The position numbers were made by a program, and so were the translations under genes. A DNA stretch of 64,000 bases. Source: Candidatus Krumholzibacteriota bacterium. GTDB taxonomy: Bacteria; Krumholzibacteriota; Krumholzibacteriia; JAJRXK01. This document shows, piece by piece, positions 17,836-28,736 of this stretch (the stretch's first letter is position 1; each line of letters starts with the position of its first letter). The DNA lies in NCBI GenBank assembly GCA_963727455.1, contig CAVSGG010000008.1, forward strand, positions 352,001 to 416,000, read 5' to 3'. The notes below the pieces were generated by a model. It was not told the origin of the DNA and did no database searches. It saw nothing but the letters and a program-made list of their open reading frames with translations.

Positions 17836-20244
17836 TCAACGCACCTTGACCACGCGCGTGCTGATCTGACGACCTTCGGTGAGCAGTTTGACGAAGTAGA
17901 CTCCGCTGGACACGCTGCTTCCGTGATCGTCGCGGCCGTTCCAGCCGATGTGATCCTCGCCGGGACCCACCTGCAGCGCGCGCACCTGGCGGCCGCGGGC
18001 ATCGAAGATCCGCAGGCGGCCACCCTGGTCCAACCTGCGGTTCAACTGGAACACGGTGCGCTGGGCCATCACCGAGGGAGTGGCGCGCAGGAGCAGCTTG
18101 CTGGTCTGCAGCGAGGGCGCGGGCGTACCGGCGATCACGGGGACCGATCCCACGAAGACGTTGCCGTCCAGATCGCGAACCACAACTTCCATCTCTCCCT
18201 CCGTGCTGGGAGTGACCGAGAGGCTGGCCGCTCCTCCTGCGTCGGTGTAGGTGTTGGTGAAGACCTCGTCGCCGCTGGCGAGCTTGCCGTTGTTGGCGCG
18301 CTTCCAGACCGAGACCAGCGCCTCTTTCACCGCCAAGCCTTCGGGATCGTAAACCTCGACGGTCAGGCCACAGCCATCGGGACAGACCTGGAGCGCCTCG
18401 GGCATGATCACCGTCCAGTCCAGGGCGCCCAGACGCTTGATCTTCATCTCCGGATCGCCCAGCAGCATGTACATCCAGGCGTTGTCACCGTCATAAGCGC
18501 TGGTCATCTGGTTCTCTGCAGCGGAGATTGCCTGCGCATGTCCGGTGATGCCATCTTCGAAGACGGCCTTGAAGAGACCGCGATCCAGTTCGTGGTTGGG
18601 AGTCGTGTAGCTGGGCACGGTGGCTCCATAGTGCGCGACCGCACCGTCGTTGGTCTCCTCCATCCAGTTTTCACCGACGCAGTCCGCCACCCGGATGTCG
18701 TTGTTGTTACATGCGATGGACCAAACCACTGGTGTGCGCGGAGCGTTCGCCAGGACGCTGATGTCGGAAGAGCCGAAGCTTTCGAAACTGGTGTTCCAAC
18801 CGGTCCATGCGCCAGTGCTGCCGTGTCCGCGATAGCAGATGAGCCCCGCTCCGTTGTCGATCAGGTCCCTCACGTCGCTATTCGTCGTTCCGGCACTGCC
18901 GTAGAGAGTGACGAAATTCGGCGTCACGGAGTAGCTCGCGGTGCGCACGGACTCCTGGGCGCCCTCATATTTGTTGGGCGCGTTCTCCTTGTGCGCGGCC
19001 AATCCCACCGTGGTATAGGGCCAGGTGAAATCGCGGCCGTTCTCGTAGTTGAGGATCTTCGCCACCTGGTTGCTGAGGTCGTCCGCGTTATCCACCGACA
19101 GGCGTCCTACCCAGACCTCCTCGTTCAAGTCGTCGCCGTTCATGGAACCGTAAAGATCGTCGGTGGGAACCACTCCTGCGTTGTTGGTTTGGGGGGAGGG
19201 GCACAACGGAATGAACGTATCATCTCCCACGAGCAACACATAGTGGTCGTAGAGAGGTGACGAGCTTTGATACCAATGCTCGATGGCATCGCGAATTTCG
19301 CTGCAAGTAGTGCCCACCGATTCCAGGGTCAACTCGGTCACTTGGAAGCCGCGGGACTTCTTTTGATCGATCAGCGGTTGGATCTGCGGCTGCAGGTATT
19401 CGCGATATAGGAAGAGGAAGCGACCTTCGTAGTATTCTCCATTGCTGAGGAAAAATTCCCGCGCCACTTTCCAGTTGTCATAGATGGTCGCGGCCAGGTG
19501 CGCCTCCTCGATCGTTCCTTGCCCGAATGAGAGTAATGCCCCCTGATGTCCGAGCAGCAACCGCATCTGGTCATAGACCTGAAGTTCGCCGGTCGCGGGA
19601 TCCCACTTGCATGGCCAGGCCTCGAACTGAGCAGTGGGAATCCAGCGGTCGGCGGCTTCGACGGGCCGGCCCCGCGGTCCGAAATCGGTGGGCCAGGGTC
19701 CGCTGCTCGCATAGAGCTGCTCGTCGATCTGGAAAATCTCAGGGTCCCCCTCGGGATGATCGCGCTCGGGAATGGGTTGCGGGTAGATCTGCATGTTCGA
19801 GAAGCTGCGCGTGTTGAGGATCTCCACGCGATCCAGGGTGACACCCTCGGCGCTGGTGGGTACGGCCAGACACATCTGGACCGCGGGCAGAAGCGGAGCA
19901 CCGGTTTGACCCATGATGCCCAGGCCGGGAAAGCTCAGGCGCTGGTAGCTGTGTTGATCGGCGCCCAGGACATCTTCCATCCAGAAACCGTGGATGACCA
20001 CGTCGATCACGGTCTGTTGGTCGTCTGATCCGGAGACGAGTTTGACCTCGGCCGCAGTCCCCTCCGGAGTGTGGTCCAGGTGCACCCATTCCTGGGCCCG
20101 GGCATCGCCGGCAAGGGGACCTGCGCCAATGGTCAAGAGAAAGACCAGCCAGAGCAGGGAAAGCGCCGGGAGCTTCGCTTTGGGGGATCGAACTGAGGGC
20201 TCAGGGAAGGCTCTGCCCTGAAAGTGCGGATCGGGCAAGCGCAT
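17836..20244 (-). CDS. Gingipain-type C25 cysteine peptidase with propeptide and C-terminal FlgD-Ig/T9SS-like domain
   Basis: Signal peptide, G.PLLP propeptide, YVLLVGD, VWVGRLS, catalytic YRGHG and SIACNN, LLGDP, tail IFDARGRQVR..WNGRDDHG..SGVYF. Confidence 0.88.
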   Translation of the reverse strand: MRLPDPHFQGRAFPEPSVRSPKAKLPALSLLWLVFLLTIGAGPLAGDARAQEWVHLDHTPEGTAAEVKLVSGSDDQQTVIDVVIHGFWMEDVLGADQHSYQRLSFPGLGIMGQTGAPLLPAVQMCLAVPTSAEGVTLDRVEILNTRSFSNMQIYPQPIPERDHPEGDPEIFQIDEQLYASSGPWPTDFGPRGRPVEAADRWIPTAQFEAWPCKWDPATGELQVYDQMRLLLGHQGALLSFGQGTIEEAHLAATIYDNWKVAREFFLSNGEYYEGRFLFLYREYLQPQIQPLIDQKKSRGFQVTELTLESVGTTCSEIRDAIEHWYQSSSPLYDHYVLLVGDDTFIPLCPSPQTNNAGVVPTDDLYGSMNGDDLNEEVWVGRLSVDNADDLSNQVAKILNYENGRDFTWPYTTVGLAAHKENAPNKYEGAQESVRTASYSVTPNFVTLYGSAGTTNSDVRDLIDNGAGLICYRGHGSTGAWTGWNTSFESFGSSDISVLANAPRTPVVWSIACNNNDIRVADCVGENWMEETNDGAVAHYGATVPSYTTPNHELDRGLFKAVFEDGITGHAQAISAAENQMTSAYDGDNAWMYMLLGDPEMKIKRLGALDWTVIMPEALQVCPDGCGLTVEVYDPEGLAVKEALVSVWKRANNGKLASGDEVFTNTYTDAGGAASLSVTPSTEGEMEVVVRDLDGNVFVGSVPVIAGTPAPSLQTSKLLLRATPSVMAQRTVFQLNRRLDQGGRLRIFDARGRQVRALQVGPGEDHIGWNGRDDHGSSVSSGVYFVKLLTEGRQISTRVVKVR

Positions 20245-20464
20245 GGAGTGCCTCCTTCGGCAGACGCCGTGGCGGGACGGATTGACAGGGATTGTCAGCT
20301 ATCGAGCAAGGGCGAGTTCCGCGGCGGACGCGTTCCCCGTCCCCCACGAGCTCATCGGTTCTTGGTTTGCTCTCATCCTTAGCAACGAAAATCCGGCGCC
20401 GAAGCGGACACACATTCGTTGACGAGAAGTGGGTGGATGAAGACGATGTGGAGGGGTGCCACTC

Positions 20465-21013
20465 GTGACGAGAGAAATCCAGATCGCCCTGCTGCGCGGC
20501 ATCAACGTCGGCGGACACAACAAGTTGCCCATGCGCGAGCTGCGCTCGCTGTGCGAGGAGTTGGGCTGGCAAGATGTCCGATCCTACATCCAGAGCGGAA
20601 ATCTGGTGTTTCGATCCTCCTCCCCACGATCCCTCTTGGAGCAGACGCTCGAGAAGGCCATCGAGGAACACTTCGGCTATTCGATCAGTGTCCTGGTTCG
20701 ATCGGCGAGGGCCTGGTCGGGTCTTCTGAGGAGCAATCCCTTTCCAAAGGAGTCCGAAATGGGGCCCAATCACGTGATGCTCCTGCTCTCCAAGATAGCT
20801 CCCGAAAGGAACGCGGTGCGCGAGCTGACTCCCTACGCGAACAACGGAGAGTGTCTGCGGCGGATAAAAAGCGCGTTGTGGATCCACTACCCGAACGGCG
20901 CCGGAACTTCGAAATTGACCCCTTCCGTCCTGGCCCGCTGCATGGGCTCGCCGGTGACCGCTCGCAACTGGCGCACCGCACTCAAACTGGAGGAAATGGC
21001 GCGATCGTCCTAG
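20465..21013 (+). CDS. DUF1697-family protein
   Basis: ALLRGINVGGHNK, VRSYIQSGNLVF, TARNWRT. Confidence 0.85.
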   Translation: MTREIQIALLRGINVGGHNKLPMRELRSLCEELGWQDVRSYIQSGNLVFRSSSPRSLLEQTLEKAIEEHFGYSISVLVRSARAWSGLLRSNPFPKESEMGPNHVMLLLSKIAPERNAVRELTPYANNGECLRRIKSALWIHYPNGAGTSKLTPSVLARCMGSPVTARNWRTALKLEEMARSS

Positions 21014-21050
21014 ACTCCCGCTTGGCTTCCCCGCTCTCGAGGAGAACTTC

Positions 21051-22082
21051 GTGAGAAGACTTTCCGCATTGACTGCCACCCTCGTCGCGTTGCTCTGCGC
21101 CGCCAGCGCGAGTCAGGCTGCTCCCTCCCTGAAAGAGTACTTCGACAACTCGGGGCGAAACGACGTGATCGGCGGCGGCGTCCGCATGATTCCCGTCAGT
21201 ACGCCCAAGGGAGAGTTTCAGGTCTGGACCAAACGGACCGGCAACAACCCCACGATCAAAGTGCTCTTGCTGCACGGCGGACCGGGGATGACCCACGAGT
21301 ATCTCGAGGCCTTCGACAGCTATTTCCCGGGCGCGGGAATCGAGTACTACTACTACGACCAGCTGGGCTCCTTCTTCAGCGATCAGCCGGACGATCCCGA
21401 TCTCTGGACCATTCCGCGTTTCGTCGAGGAAGTCGAGCAGGTCCGGCAGGCTCTCGGTCTGAACAAAGACAACTTCTATCTCTACGGTCACTCCTGGGGC
21501 GGGATCCTGGCCCTGGAGTACGCCCTGAAGTACCAGCAACATCTGAAGGGACTGATCATCTCGAACATGATGGCCTCAGCTCCCGCCTACAACGACTACG
21601 CGCATAAGGTGCTGATGCCGCAGATGGACCAGGCTGCTCTGAAGAAAATCGAGCAGTTCGAGGCCGACGGGAAGACCGACGACCCGCAGTACATGGGACT
21701 TCTGATGCCCAATTGGTATACGGTGCACATTCTGCGCATGCCGGCAAACCAATGGCCGAACCCGGTGAACCGCGCAATCCAGTACCTCAACCCGAAGATC
21801 TACGTGCTGATGCAGGGACCAAGCGAGATGGGACTCTCGGGCAGACTCGCCAACTGGGACCGCACCGCCGATCTGCCCAAGCTCGAGGTGCCAACCCTGA
21901 CGATCGGATCGAAGTACGGCACCATGGATCCCGATCACATGAAGATGATGGCCCAGAAGGTGCAGAACGGGCGCTTTCTGCTCTGTCCCAACGGAAGCCA
22001 CTTGGCAATGTACGATGATCAGAAGATCTATATGAAGGGGCTTATCCAGTTCTTGAAGGACGTTGACGCCGGACGCTTCTAA
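21051..22082 (+). CDS. Exported proline iminopeptidase-family alpha/beta hydrolase
   Basis: Signal peptide; LLHGGPG, YYDQLGS, GHSWGG nucleophile, GSHL. Confidence 0.85.
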   Translation: MRRLSALTATLVALLCAASASQAAPSLKEYFDNSGRNDVIGGGVRMIPVSTPKGEFQVWTKRTGNNPTIKVLLLHGGPGMTHEYLEAFDSYFPGAGIEYYYYDQLGSFFSDQPDDPDLWTIPRFVEEVEQVRQALGLNKDNFYLYGHSWGGILALEYALKYQQHLKGLIISNMMASAPAYNDYAHKVLMPQMDQAALKKIEQFEADGKTDDPQYMGLLMPNWYTVHILRMPANQWPNPVNRAIQYLNPKIYVLMQGPSEMGLSGRLANWDRTADLPKLEVPTLTIGSKYGTMDPDHMKMMAQKVQNGRFLLCPNGSHLAMYDDQKIYMKGLIQFLKDVDAGRF

Positions 22083-22160
22083 AGGGAGAGTGGATTCTGC
22101 AGCCTCGTTTTGTGGTGAGAAGACTGAACAGGGTGAGTCCTGGGCCAGGAGGATCTCCGG

Positions 22161-22853
22161 ATGAAATCGGTGCGAAGCCTGGCTCTCGCTTTCGGGATCT
22201 ACTTCGTTCTGTACCTGAGCTATCTGGCGTGGTGGCCTGAGAGCGAACTCCTCCACTGGCTCACGCTGGTCGCAATGCCACTCACCCTCTTGAGAATTTT
22301 GCTGCGCAGGCCCTCGGGATTGCCTTCTCTGCGCGAGGCCTTGCGAGCAGCTGGTTTCTCGGGCCGCCCAAGGGCGCGGGGGATCGTTGCGGCTTTGCTC
22401 GTTGGAGTCCTACTCAGTGGACTGCAATTGGCCGGACGGAACGCCAACGAGATTCAGGATCTGATCCTGTCACCTCGAGTTCTGTGGCTGTGGCCGCTGT
22501 CGTTTTTCATGATGCTCTTGACCGCTGCCACCACCGAGGAATTCTTCTTTCGGGGGATTCTGCTGAAGCGATGCAGTGCCGCGACCGGATCGAAATGGTT
22601 GAGTGTGGGAATCACCTCGATACTCTTCGCGCTCTATCATGTGCCCTACGCCTATCACCTTGCGGCGTGGGGCACGCAGTTCGACCTGAGCGGCGCACTG
22701 CGATCCGCATTCGAGACGGGTTTCCCACTGGGAATTCTCTTGGGAAGTGTCTTCGTCATTGCTGGCGAGAATACGCTTGCATCCATTCTCGCCCACGCGC
22801 TGATCAACTCCCTACCCGGGATGCTGATCGTTCAGAGCTTCTTCGGATCGTAG
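22161..22853 (+). CDS. CPBP/CAAX-family intramembrane protease
   Basis: Multiple TM helices; EEFFFRG, FALYH, HALIN motifs. Confidence 0.85.
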   Translation: MKSVRSLALAFGIYFVLYLSYLAWWPESELLHWLTLVAMPLTLLRILLRRPSGLPSLREALRAAGFSGRPRARGIVAALLVGVLLSGLQLAGRNANEIQDLILSPRVLWLWPLSFFMMLLTAATTEEFFFRGILLKRCSAATGSKWLSVGITSILFALYHVPYAYHLAAWGTQFDLSGALRSAFETGFPLGILLGSVFVIAGENTLASILAHALINSLPGMLIVQSFFGS

Positions 22854-22891
22854 CCGCAAATGCTGGAAACCAGGAAGACGGAGGTCTAGCC

Positions 22892-23098
22892 GTGAAAACG
22901 AGGAACTATCTCCTGCAAGCTACTGTCACCGCCTGCGTAGCCTTCGTAGTCTCCGCAGCCGTAACGTATTTCTACCGCCTCATCGTGCACGGCCAAGCTG
23001 CGGTAAACTGGGAGACTGCGTTCGACTTGGCGATCGTACTGGGAGTTGTCCTGCCGCTGGTCAGCGCAAGAGGCTCAGCAGTTCGCCAAAAGAACTGA
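22892..23098 (+). CDS. Small two-TM membrane protein (68 aa)
   Basis: GGAGG RBS then GTG 22892; two hydrophobic helices. Confidence 0.6.
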   Translation: MKTRNYLLQATVTACVAFVVSAAVTYFYRLIVHGQAAVNWETAFDLAIVLGVVLPLVSARGSAVRQKN

Positions 23099-23714
23099 GG
23101 AGAGCATGGGGCTTCGCCGCGCGGAGGTCTTCCACGCGCCCGATGCCATAGCTGAACGCGATGGAAATGCAGCCGAGCGCATGAGCCGCTTTGATGTCGT
23201 TCGGGGAGTCGCCGACCATCCAAGCCTCCTTCGCACCCACCTTCAGCTCGTCCAGTACCAGCTGCAAAAGATCAGGAGCCGGTTTCACGGGTACCCCCCG
23301 GCGCGCTCCTACGATCGCGTCGACGTAAGGCGCCAGCCCGACACCCTCGACCACCCGCGCCGTAAACTCGTCAGGCTTGTTGCTCGCCACTCCCATGCGC
23401 AGCCCGCGCGCGCGCAACACCGCCAGAGTCGACGCGACCTCTGGATACGCCTGCGTGTGATCCAGCAGATGTTGCGCGTAGAAATCACGGAAACGCAGGA
23501 GCGCCGTGTCGACTTCGGGGCCATCCTCGCCCAGCGCTCGAGCAACCAGCATTCGAGCTCCATCCCCGATGTAGCCGCGCACGGTTTCCTCGGGCAGGGG
23601 CGGCAGGCCGCGCTCTTGCAGCATCAGATTGCAGGCCACCGTGAGATCGGCGACCGAGTCGACGAGGGTCCCATCGAGATCGAAGCAGATCGCACGGGGT
23701 GGGCGGAAGTTCAT
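23061..23714 (-). CDS. HAD hydrolase, phosphoglycolate phosphatase-like
   Basis: FDLDGTLVDS, VASNK, KPAP, MVGDSPNDI. Confidence 0.85.
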   Translation of the reverse strand: MNFRPPRAICFDLDGTLVDSVADLTVACNLMLQERGLPPLPEETVRGYIGDGARMLVARALGEDGPEVDTALLRFRDFYAQHLLDHTQAYPEVASTLAVLRARGLRMGVASNKPDEFTARVVEGVGLAPYVDAIVGARRGVPVKPAPDLLQLVLDELKVGAKEAWMVGDSPNDIKAAHALGCISIAFSYGIGRVEDLRAAKPHALLSSFGELLSLLR

Positions 23715-23821
23715 GCTGGGAATCCTACCTTCCAGTGTCGTCCTGCGCAAGAAAGGCGTAGCAGAGCCGAAAGCACGGTGCAAATGGCGCGAAATCTCCC
23801 TGCGATTCCCGCGAGCATGTC

Positions 23822-23851
23822 TTGAAAAGTCCCGGAATCAGGGGATATACT
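23822..23851 (+). promoter_or_regulatory. Sigma70-type promoter
   Basis: TTGAAA-18 nt-TATACT. Confidence 0.5.
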
Positions 23852-24244
23852 CGGCGCAGCTCCTTCAACCGAGTGCACCCCTGAACGCCAATGCGTTGGC
23901 GATCTTGCTCGGTAGGAACTGGGGAAGCGATCTCGCCAACGGTGCCCTCGTCGAGGGCCGGTTCGACACCACCGACTGCGGGATCGTCGGCCGAGGGGTT
24001 GCGAGCACCGACATCTGCTCGACGTCCGGATGCCCATGCGATGCAGAGACCGGACCACGGATTCTGACTCGCATCCATCGTGGCCCCGCCACATTGGCTC
24101 CTTTGCTCTGCAACCGCTTTGACATGGCGACCCTTCGGCTTCCCCAGGAGTTTTCGACCCAAGGCCTCTTCCTTCTTGACGATCGCGCGGGCTCCCTCTA
24201 AGGAGAGGGAGCCCCGTTCGTTTCCCTTCGGGAGGTTTTGCAAG

Positions 24245-24892
24245 ATGGCACGCGAAGACACTCCAGATCGCCGTCCCCTGCTCTACGGCATCGCAGCCCT
24301 TCTCATCTTGTGCGCCGCGCTCTTCCTCTTTTGGCCTCGGGGCCCCAAGAACGAGCTCAGCACGATGACCCTCACCCCGCCGAGCGCGGAGAACCAAGTC
24401 CAGGCCGGGCAGGTGAACCCCGAGGACTCAGCCACCACCACCGCCAAGGAAGCGATGAATTCCGAGGAGACACCCAGGGAGAGCCTCTCTGGGGAGCAAC
24501 AGGAGCCTCAGTCCACCACCCCGAAGCAGAGCTCGCCCGAACCGAGCTCTGCGAGCACGGTGACCCCGGCAAAGACCGTGAGTTCGAGTCCGGCGCCAGC
24601 GAGCCACGAGAAGGCCCCGCAGAAGCTCAGCAGCGGTCTGGTGCAGCCGACCTCCACGGGCCGCTATCTGCTCAATCTCGGCTCTTTCGGTAGCCATTCC
24701 AACGCCCAGCGGCGGGTGGACGAGCTGCGAGCGAACGGCGTGCCCGCCGACGTGGCCCAGGGGACCAAGCCTGACGGCAGCCCGATCTACCGGGTGCGCG
24801 TCGCATACTTCGAGGGACACAGCCTGGCCAAGGCCTACGGTGAAGACTTGAAACGACGCCTGGGTCTGGATTACTGGATCTCCGAGCGCTGA
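24245..24892 (+). CDS. SPOR-domain membrane-anchored protein (FtsN/DedD-like architecture)
   Basis: N-terminal TM, S/P/E-rich linker, C-terminal LNLGSF..NA...YRVRV. Confidence 0.8.
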   Translation: MAREDTPDRRPLLYGIAALLILCAALFLFWPRGPKNELSTMTLTPPSAENQVQAGQVNPEDSATTTAKEAMNSEETPRESLSGEQQEPQSTTPKQSSPEPSSASTVTPAKTVSSSPAPASHEKAPQKLSSGLVQPTSTGRYLLNLGSFGSHSNAQRRVDELRANGVPADVAQGTKPDGSPIYRVRVAYFEGHSLAKAYGEDLKRRLGLDYWISER

Positions 24893-25013
24893 GGCCCGAC
24901 ATAGCCCGGGTTTTCCAGTTCCGAAGGCGCCCTTTCGGCTCCCGCCGGTCCGCGATATACTGACCTTCGGACTTTCGATCTCCCTTTCGTTCAATTTTCG
25001 CCTGAGGTACGCC

Positions 25014-27161
25014 TTGCCGACGAAGCGGAATCCCAAACAAGCACCTTTCAAGAGCTTGGACCGCTCCGCCCTGCTCGCCGCCTACCGGACGATGGTCAGC
25101 GCGCGGGCGGTGGACGACGAGGAGATCAACCTCAAGCGAAAGAACCAGATCTTCTTCCAGATCTCCGGCGCCGGTCACGAGGCCGTCCTGGTGGCCGCCG
25201 GCATGGTTCTGCGGCCAGCCTATGACTACTTCCTTCCCTATTACCGCGACAGAGCTCTCTGTCTGCAGCTCGGCATGACCCCCTACGAGATGTTCTTGCA
25301 GGGCGTGGGCGCGCAGGACGATCCGAACAGCGGGGGGCGGCAGATGCCGGCTCACTGGGGTCACGCCGCCTTGAACATCGTGTCCAAGAGTTCCTGCACC
25401 GGCATGCAGACCCTGCACGCGGTGGGCGTCGCGGAGGCTGGGCGCTATCTCGAGAGCTTCGAGGAGGCGCGCGCCGGAGCAAGTGAATTCCACGTCGACG
25501 AAGTGGTCTACATGTCGGTGGGAGACGGCTCGATCAGCGAGGGAGAGTTCTGGGAAGGGCTCAATGGCGCCTGCAACCTGAAGCTCCCCGTTCTCATTCT
25601 CGTCGAAGACAACGGTTACGCCATCTCCACCCCCAACACGGTCCAGACGGCCGGGATCCCCGTGCACGAGCTGGTAGCCTCATATCCCAATCTCGGGGTG
25701 TGGAACGTGGATGGCACCGATTTCCGGGCCTCGTACGAGGTTCTCAAGGCGGCCGCCGCGCACTGTCGAGCGAGAAAAGGTCCCGCCCTCGTCCGCGCGA
25801 CGACGGTCCGCCCCTACTCTCATTCGATGAGTGACGATCAAAAACTCTACCGCAGCAAACAGGAACTCGAGGAAGAGGCGCGCTCGGATCCCCTGCACCG
25901 CATGCGCCGCGATCTCATCGAAAACGAAAGCGTGAAGGCGGAGGACTTGGATGCGTTGGAGGCGGAGTGCCGCGCCGATGTCAAGGAGGCCTCCCTCAGG
26001 GCACAGTCGGCACAAAAGCACTCTCCCAAAAACGCGTTGCTCTACCTCTACAGTGAGGAGCAGGATCCCGCCGGGCCAAAGTTCGATACTCCCGAGGACG
26101 CGAAGTCGGAGGGCGGCAACGGAACCGGCGGCGAAAAACCCATCTCCATGCTGGAGGCGATCAACCGCACCCTGCACGATGAAATGGCGCGCGATGCACG
26201 GATACTCGTGTTTGGTGAGGACGTGGCCGATGCTACCAAAGAAGAGGTCCTGAGCGAGTGCAAGGGCAAGGGCGGAGTGTTCAAGGCCACCGCCGGGCTC
26301 CAGCGTGCCTTCGGGCCCGAGCGCGTCTTCAACTCCCCGCTGGCCGAAGCCAGCATCGTCGGTCGCGCAGTGGGAATGGCCACGCGCGGACTCAAGCCAG
26401 TCGTCGAGATCCAGTTCCTCGACTATATCTGGCCCGCTTACATGCAAATCAAGAACGAGCTTTCCACCATGCGCTGGCGATCCTACAACAACTGGAAAGC
26501 CCCGGTTGTGGTACGCGTCGCGGCCGGAGGATACCTACAGGGCGGCGCGATGTATCACAGCCAGAGCGGGGTGAACCTCTTCGCCAGCATTCCCGGCCTC
26601 CGGGTGGTCATGCCCAGCGAGGCCCGCGATGCCGTCGGACTCCTTCGAACCGCAATTCGCTGCGACGATCCGGTGATCTTCCTCGAGCACAAGCACCTCT
26701 ACCGACAGCCCTATGGAAAGTCGCTCTACCCAGGATCGAATTTCATGATTCCCTTCGGGAAGGCGCGGCTGCACCAGGAAGGAAGCGAGGTCACCATCGT
26801 GACCTATGGCGCCCTCGTGCATCGCAGTGAGCTGGCCGCCAAGCAACTGCAGAAGGAGACTGGGCTGTCCGCGGAGATCCTGGATCTGCGTTCTTTGAGT
26901 CCCTGGGATCATGAGGCGGTAGCCGAGAGCGTACGCAAGACCAACCGCTGCGTGGTGGTCTACGAGGACCCCAAGAGCCTGGGTTATGGAGCCGAAATCG
27001 CGGCCTGGATCGCCGACGAACTTTTCGAATATCTCGATGCTCCGGTACGACGCGTCGCGGCGCTCGATACGCACATCGCGTACGAGACAGAAACGGAGAG
27101 GGCGACGCTTCCCCAAACCGAAGACGTCGCCCAGGCACTCCGCGAAATCGCGCGCTACTAG
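25014..27161 (+). CDS. Fused E1 alpha/beta 2-oxoacid dehydrogenase (probably branched-chain)
   Basis: GAGHEA, PYYRD, ThDP motif GDGS..EG...[28 protein letters not shown]. Confidence 0.88.
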   Translation: MPTKRNPKQAPFKSLDRSALLAAYRTMVSARAVDDEEINLKRKNQIFFQISGAGHEAVLVAAGMVLRPAYDYFLPYYRDRALCLQLGMTPYEMFLQGVGAQDDPNSGGRQMPAHWGHAALNIVSKSSCTGMQTLHAVGVAEAGRYLESFEEARAGASEFHVDEVVYMSVGDGSISEGEFWEGLNGACNLKLPVLILVEDNGYAISTPNTVQTAGIPVHELVASYPNLGVWNVDGTDFRASYEVLKAAAAHCRARKGPALVRATTVRPYSHSMSDDQKLYRSKQELEEEARSDPLHRMRRDLIENESVKAEDLDALEAECRADVKEASLRAQSAQKHSPKNALLYLYSEEQDPAGPKFDTPEDAKSEGGNGTGGEKPISMLEAINRTLHDEMARDARILVFGEDVADATKEEVLSECKGKGGVFKATAGLQRAFGPERVFNSPLAEASIVGRAVGMATRGLKPVVEIQFLDYIWPAYMQIKNELSTMRWRSYNNWKAPVVVRVAAGGYLQGGAMYHSQSGVNLFASIPGLRVVMPSEARDAVGLLRTAIRCDDPVIFLEHKHLYRQPYGKSLYPGSNFMIPFGKARLHQEGSEVTIVTYGALVHRSELAAKQLQKETGLSAEILDLRSLSPWDHEAVAESVRKTNRCVVVYEDPKSLGYGAEIAAWIADELFEYLDAPVRRVAALDTHIAYETETERATLPQTEDVAQALREIARY

Positions 27162-27203
27162 AGCCTCAATTCCGCGCCATATTGAGAACCATGCGCTGGC
27201 AAG

Positions 27204-28568
27204 CTAGGATTCGCCCACCTGGATGGTCGTCGTGTGCTCGCTCATCTTCACCGGCTTGGCTTCCTCATCAGGAATCCCCAGATAGTCCGCAACGGACTGC
27301 GGCACTCTCGCATACCACATCGTCGCGGTAACCCGCACCGGTCCGCTCGCGATCTGCTCGGGAATGATCCAGCGGAATGACTCGTTGACGGCTTTCAACG
27401 GAGCGAGACGGTAATCCGGACCGAATCCGGCCGTGTTCCACTGCGCAATCGTCATCCGGCCCTGAGGATCGAGATAGGGTAGGCGGAAGATACGGTCGCC
27501 CGCGGGCACCGGCGCGTCTCTGAGCAGTCCCACGAACTGGTCGAGGTCCTGGATGTCTCCGATGTCCTGGTAGGCCATCGCCTCGGCCGACGCCACCGTC
27601 CATTCCTCACCTTCGAATCCCTTCGGCTCGACAGCCAGATGGTAGATCTTGCCTGCCGCATCGACGGCCTGCACGTCGAGCCACACCATTCTCTCCTCGG
27701 CCGAACCTGAGGGAATCATGTGCGCAGCTTTGGCGTTCACAACGGTTGCGGTGAAACGCGTTTCGTCACCCACTTGCACCTGTGCCCGCAAAGGGTGAAT
27801 GCGAACTTCCACGGCTCCGGCGAGCTTGCCCAGGTCGTGCGCGCCATGGAAGAGATGTTGACGGACATCCGGATGGTCCATGCCACCGGCGTCGGGAGCG
27901 GAATTCCCGGCCGCGGGCGGCATGTGGCAATCCTGGCACACGATGCCGGCCTTGGCCTGGGGACTGTCCTTCCATTCGAGATGCGTGGCCTTCACCCACA
28001 GACCCCAGGGGTCCTTTTCGTTGTGGCAAGTGCCGCAGAACTCGGCGCTCATGAGAAATGGGTTGGCTTTTATCGCATGGACCGGGCTCTCCGTTCCCTC
28101 GCGCACGCCCTGTTTGGCCCCTCCCGGCTGCACGATGAAGTTGAAGTTGAACGGCACTTCACCCTGAAATCCCGTGATGGAATGACAGAGATCGCAGCTC
28201 ACTCCCTCGTTGGCGCGCGTTCCTTCCGCGGGACGGCCAGGAGGGATGTCACCGGCGAGAAACGCCAGGGGCGCATGACATCCATTGCACCCCGCCTTGA
28301 CTCCCGCCACCTTCGCGAACTTCTCCGCGTGTGGCAGCGCCAGCTTGAAGTATTCGATCTCGTCCCAATCGTGAGTGAAACTCTGTGACATCATGGACTG
28401 TTCATATTGGGGCACGATGTCCACGTGACAATCGAGACAGGTCTGGTTGGGCTCGAAATCGCCGTAGCTCCTCGTGCCCAGTGCAGCATCCCCCGCCGGC
28501 GCGTCGGCATGAGCAACCCATGGCAAGACGCAGAAGAGGGTGAAAAGAACGAACACGGTCGACTTCAT
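27204..28568 (-). CDS. Exported pentaheme c-type cytochrome
   Basis: Signal peptide; five CxxCH motifs (CLDCH, CNGCH, CDLCH, CGTCH, CQDCH); beta-rich C-terminal domain. Confidence 0.88.
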   Translation of the reverse strand: MKSTVFVLFTLFCVLPWVAHADAPAGDAALGTRSYGDFEPNQTCLDCHVDIVPQYEQSMMSQSFTHDWDEIEYFKLALPHAEKFAKVAGVKAGCNGCHAPLAFLAGDIPPGRPAEGTRANEGVSCDLCHSITGFQGEVPFNFNFIVQPGGAKQGVREGTESPVHAIKANPFLMSAEFCGTCHNEKDPWGLWVKATHLEWKDSPQAKAGIVCQDCHMPPAAGNSAPDAGGMDHPDVRQHLFHGAHDLGKLAGAVEVRIHPLRAQVQVGDETRFTATVVNAKAAHMIPSGSAEERMVWLDVQAVDAAGKIYHLAVEPKGFEGEEWTVASAEAMAYQDIGDIQDLDQFVGLLRDAPVPAGDRIFRLPYLDPQGRMTIAQWNTAGFGPDYRLAPLKAVNESFRWIIPEQIASGPVRVTATMWYARVPQSVADYLGIPDEEAKPVKMSEHTTTIQVGES

Positions 28569-28736
28569 GGGTTTCCTCCTTGGCACTTGGGATCCACGGG
28601 AACTGTCCCAAGGATAGAGCCTCTTGGCGCTCGATCCTAGTCAGCTTTGCACGACGAGACTTCGTCACCGCATTGTGCTAAGCTTGAGCGGGAAGAGGCT
28701 CCTGATTCAAGCTGCGAAAGCCAGAAAGGGGAGCGC

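Noticed and set aside
23920-23975. GGTTCGAC T-loop-like sequence suggesting a tRNA
   Set aside because: No acceptor stem, anticodon arm or CCA end could be built around it.
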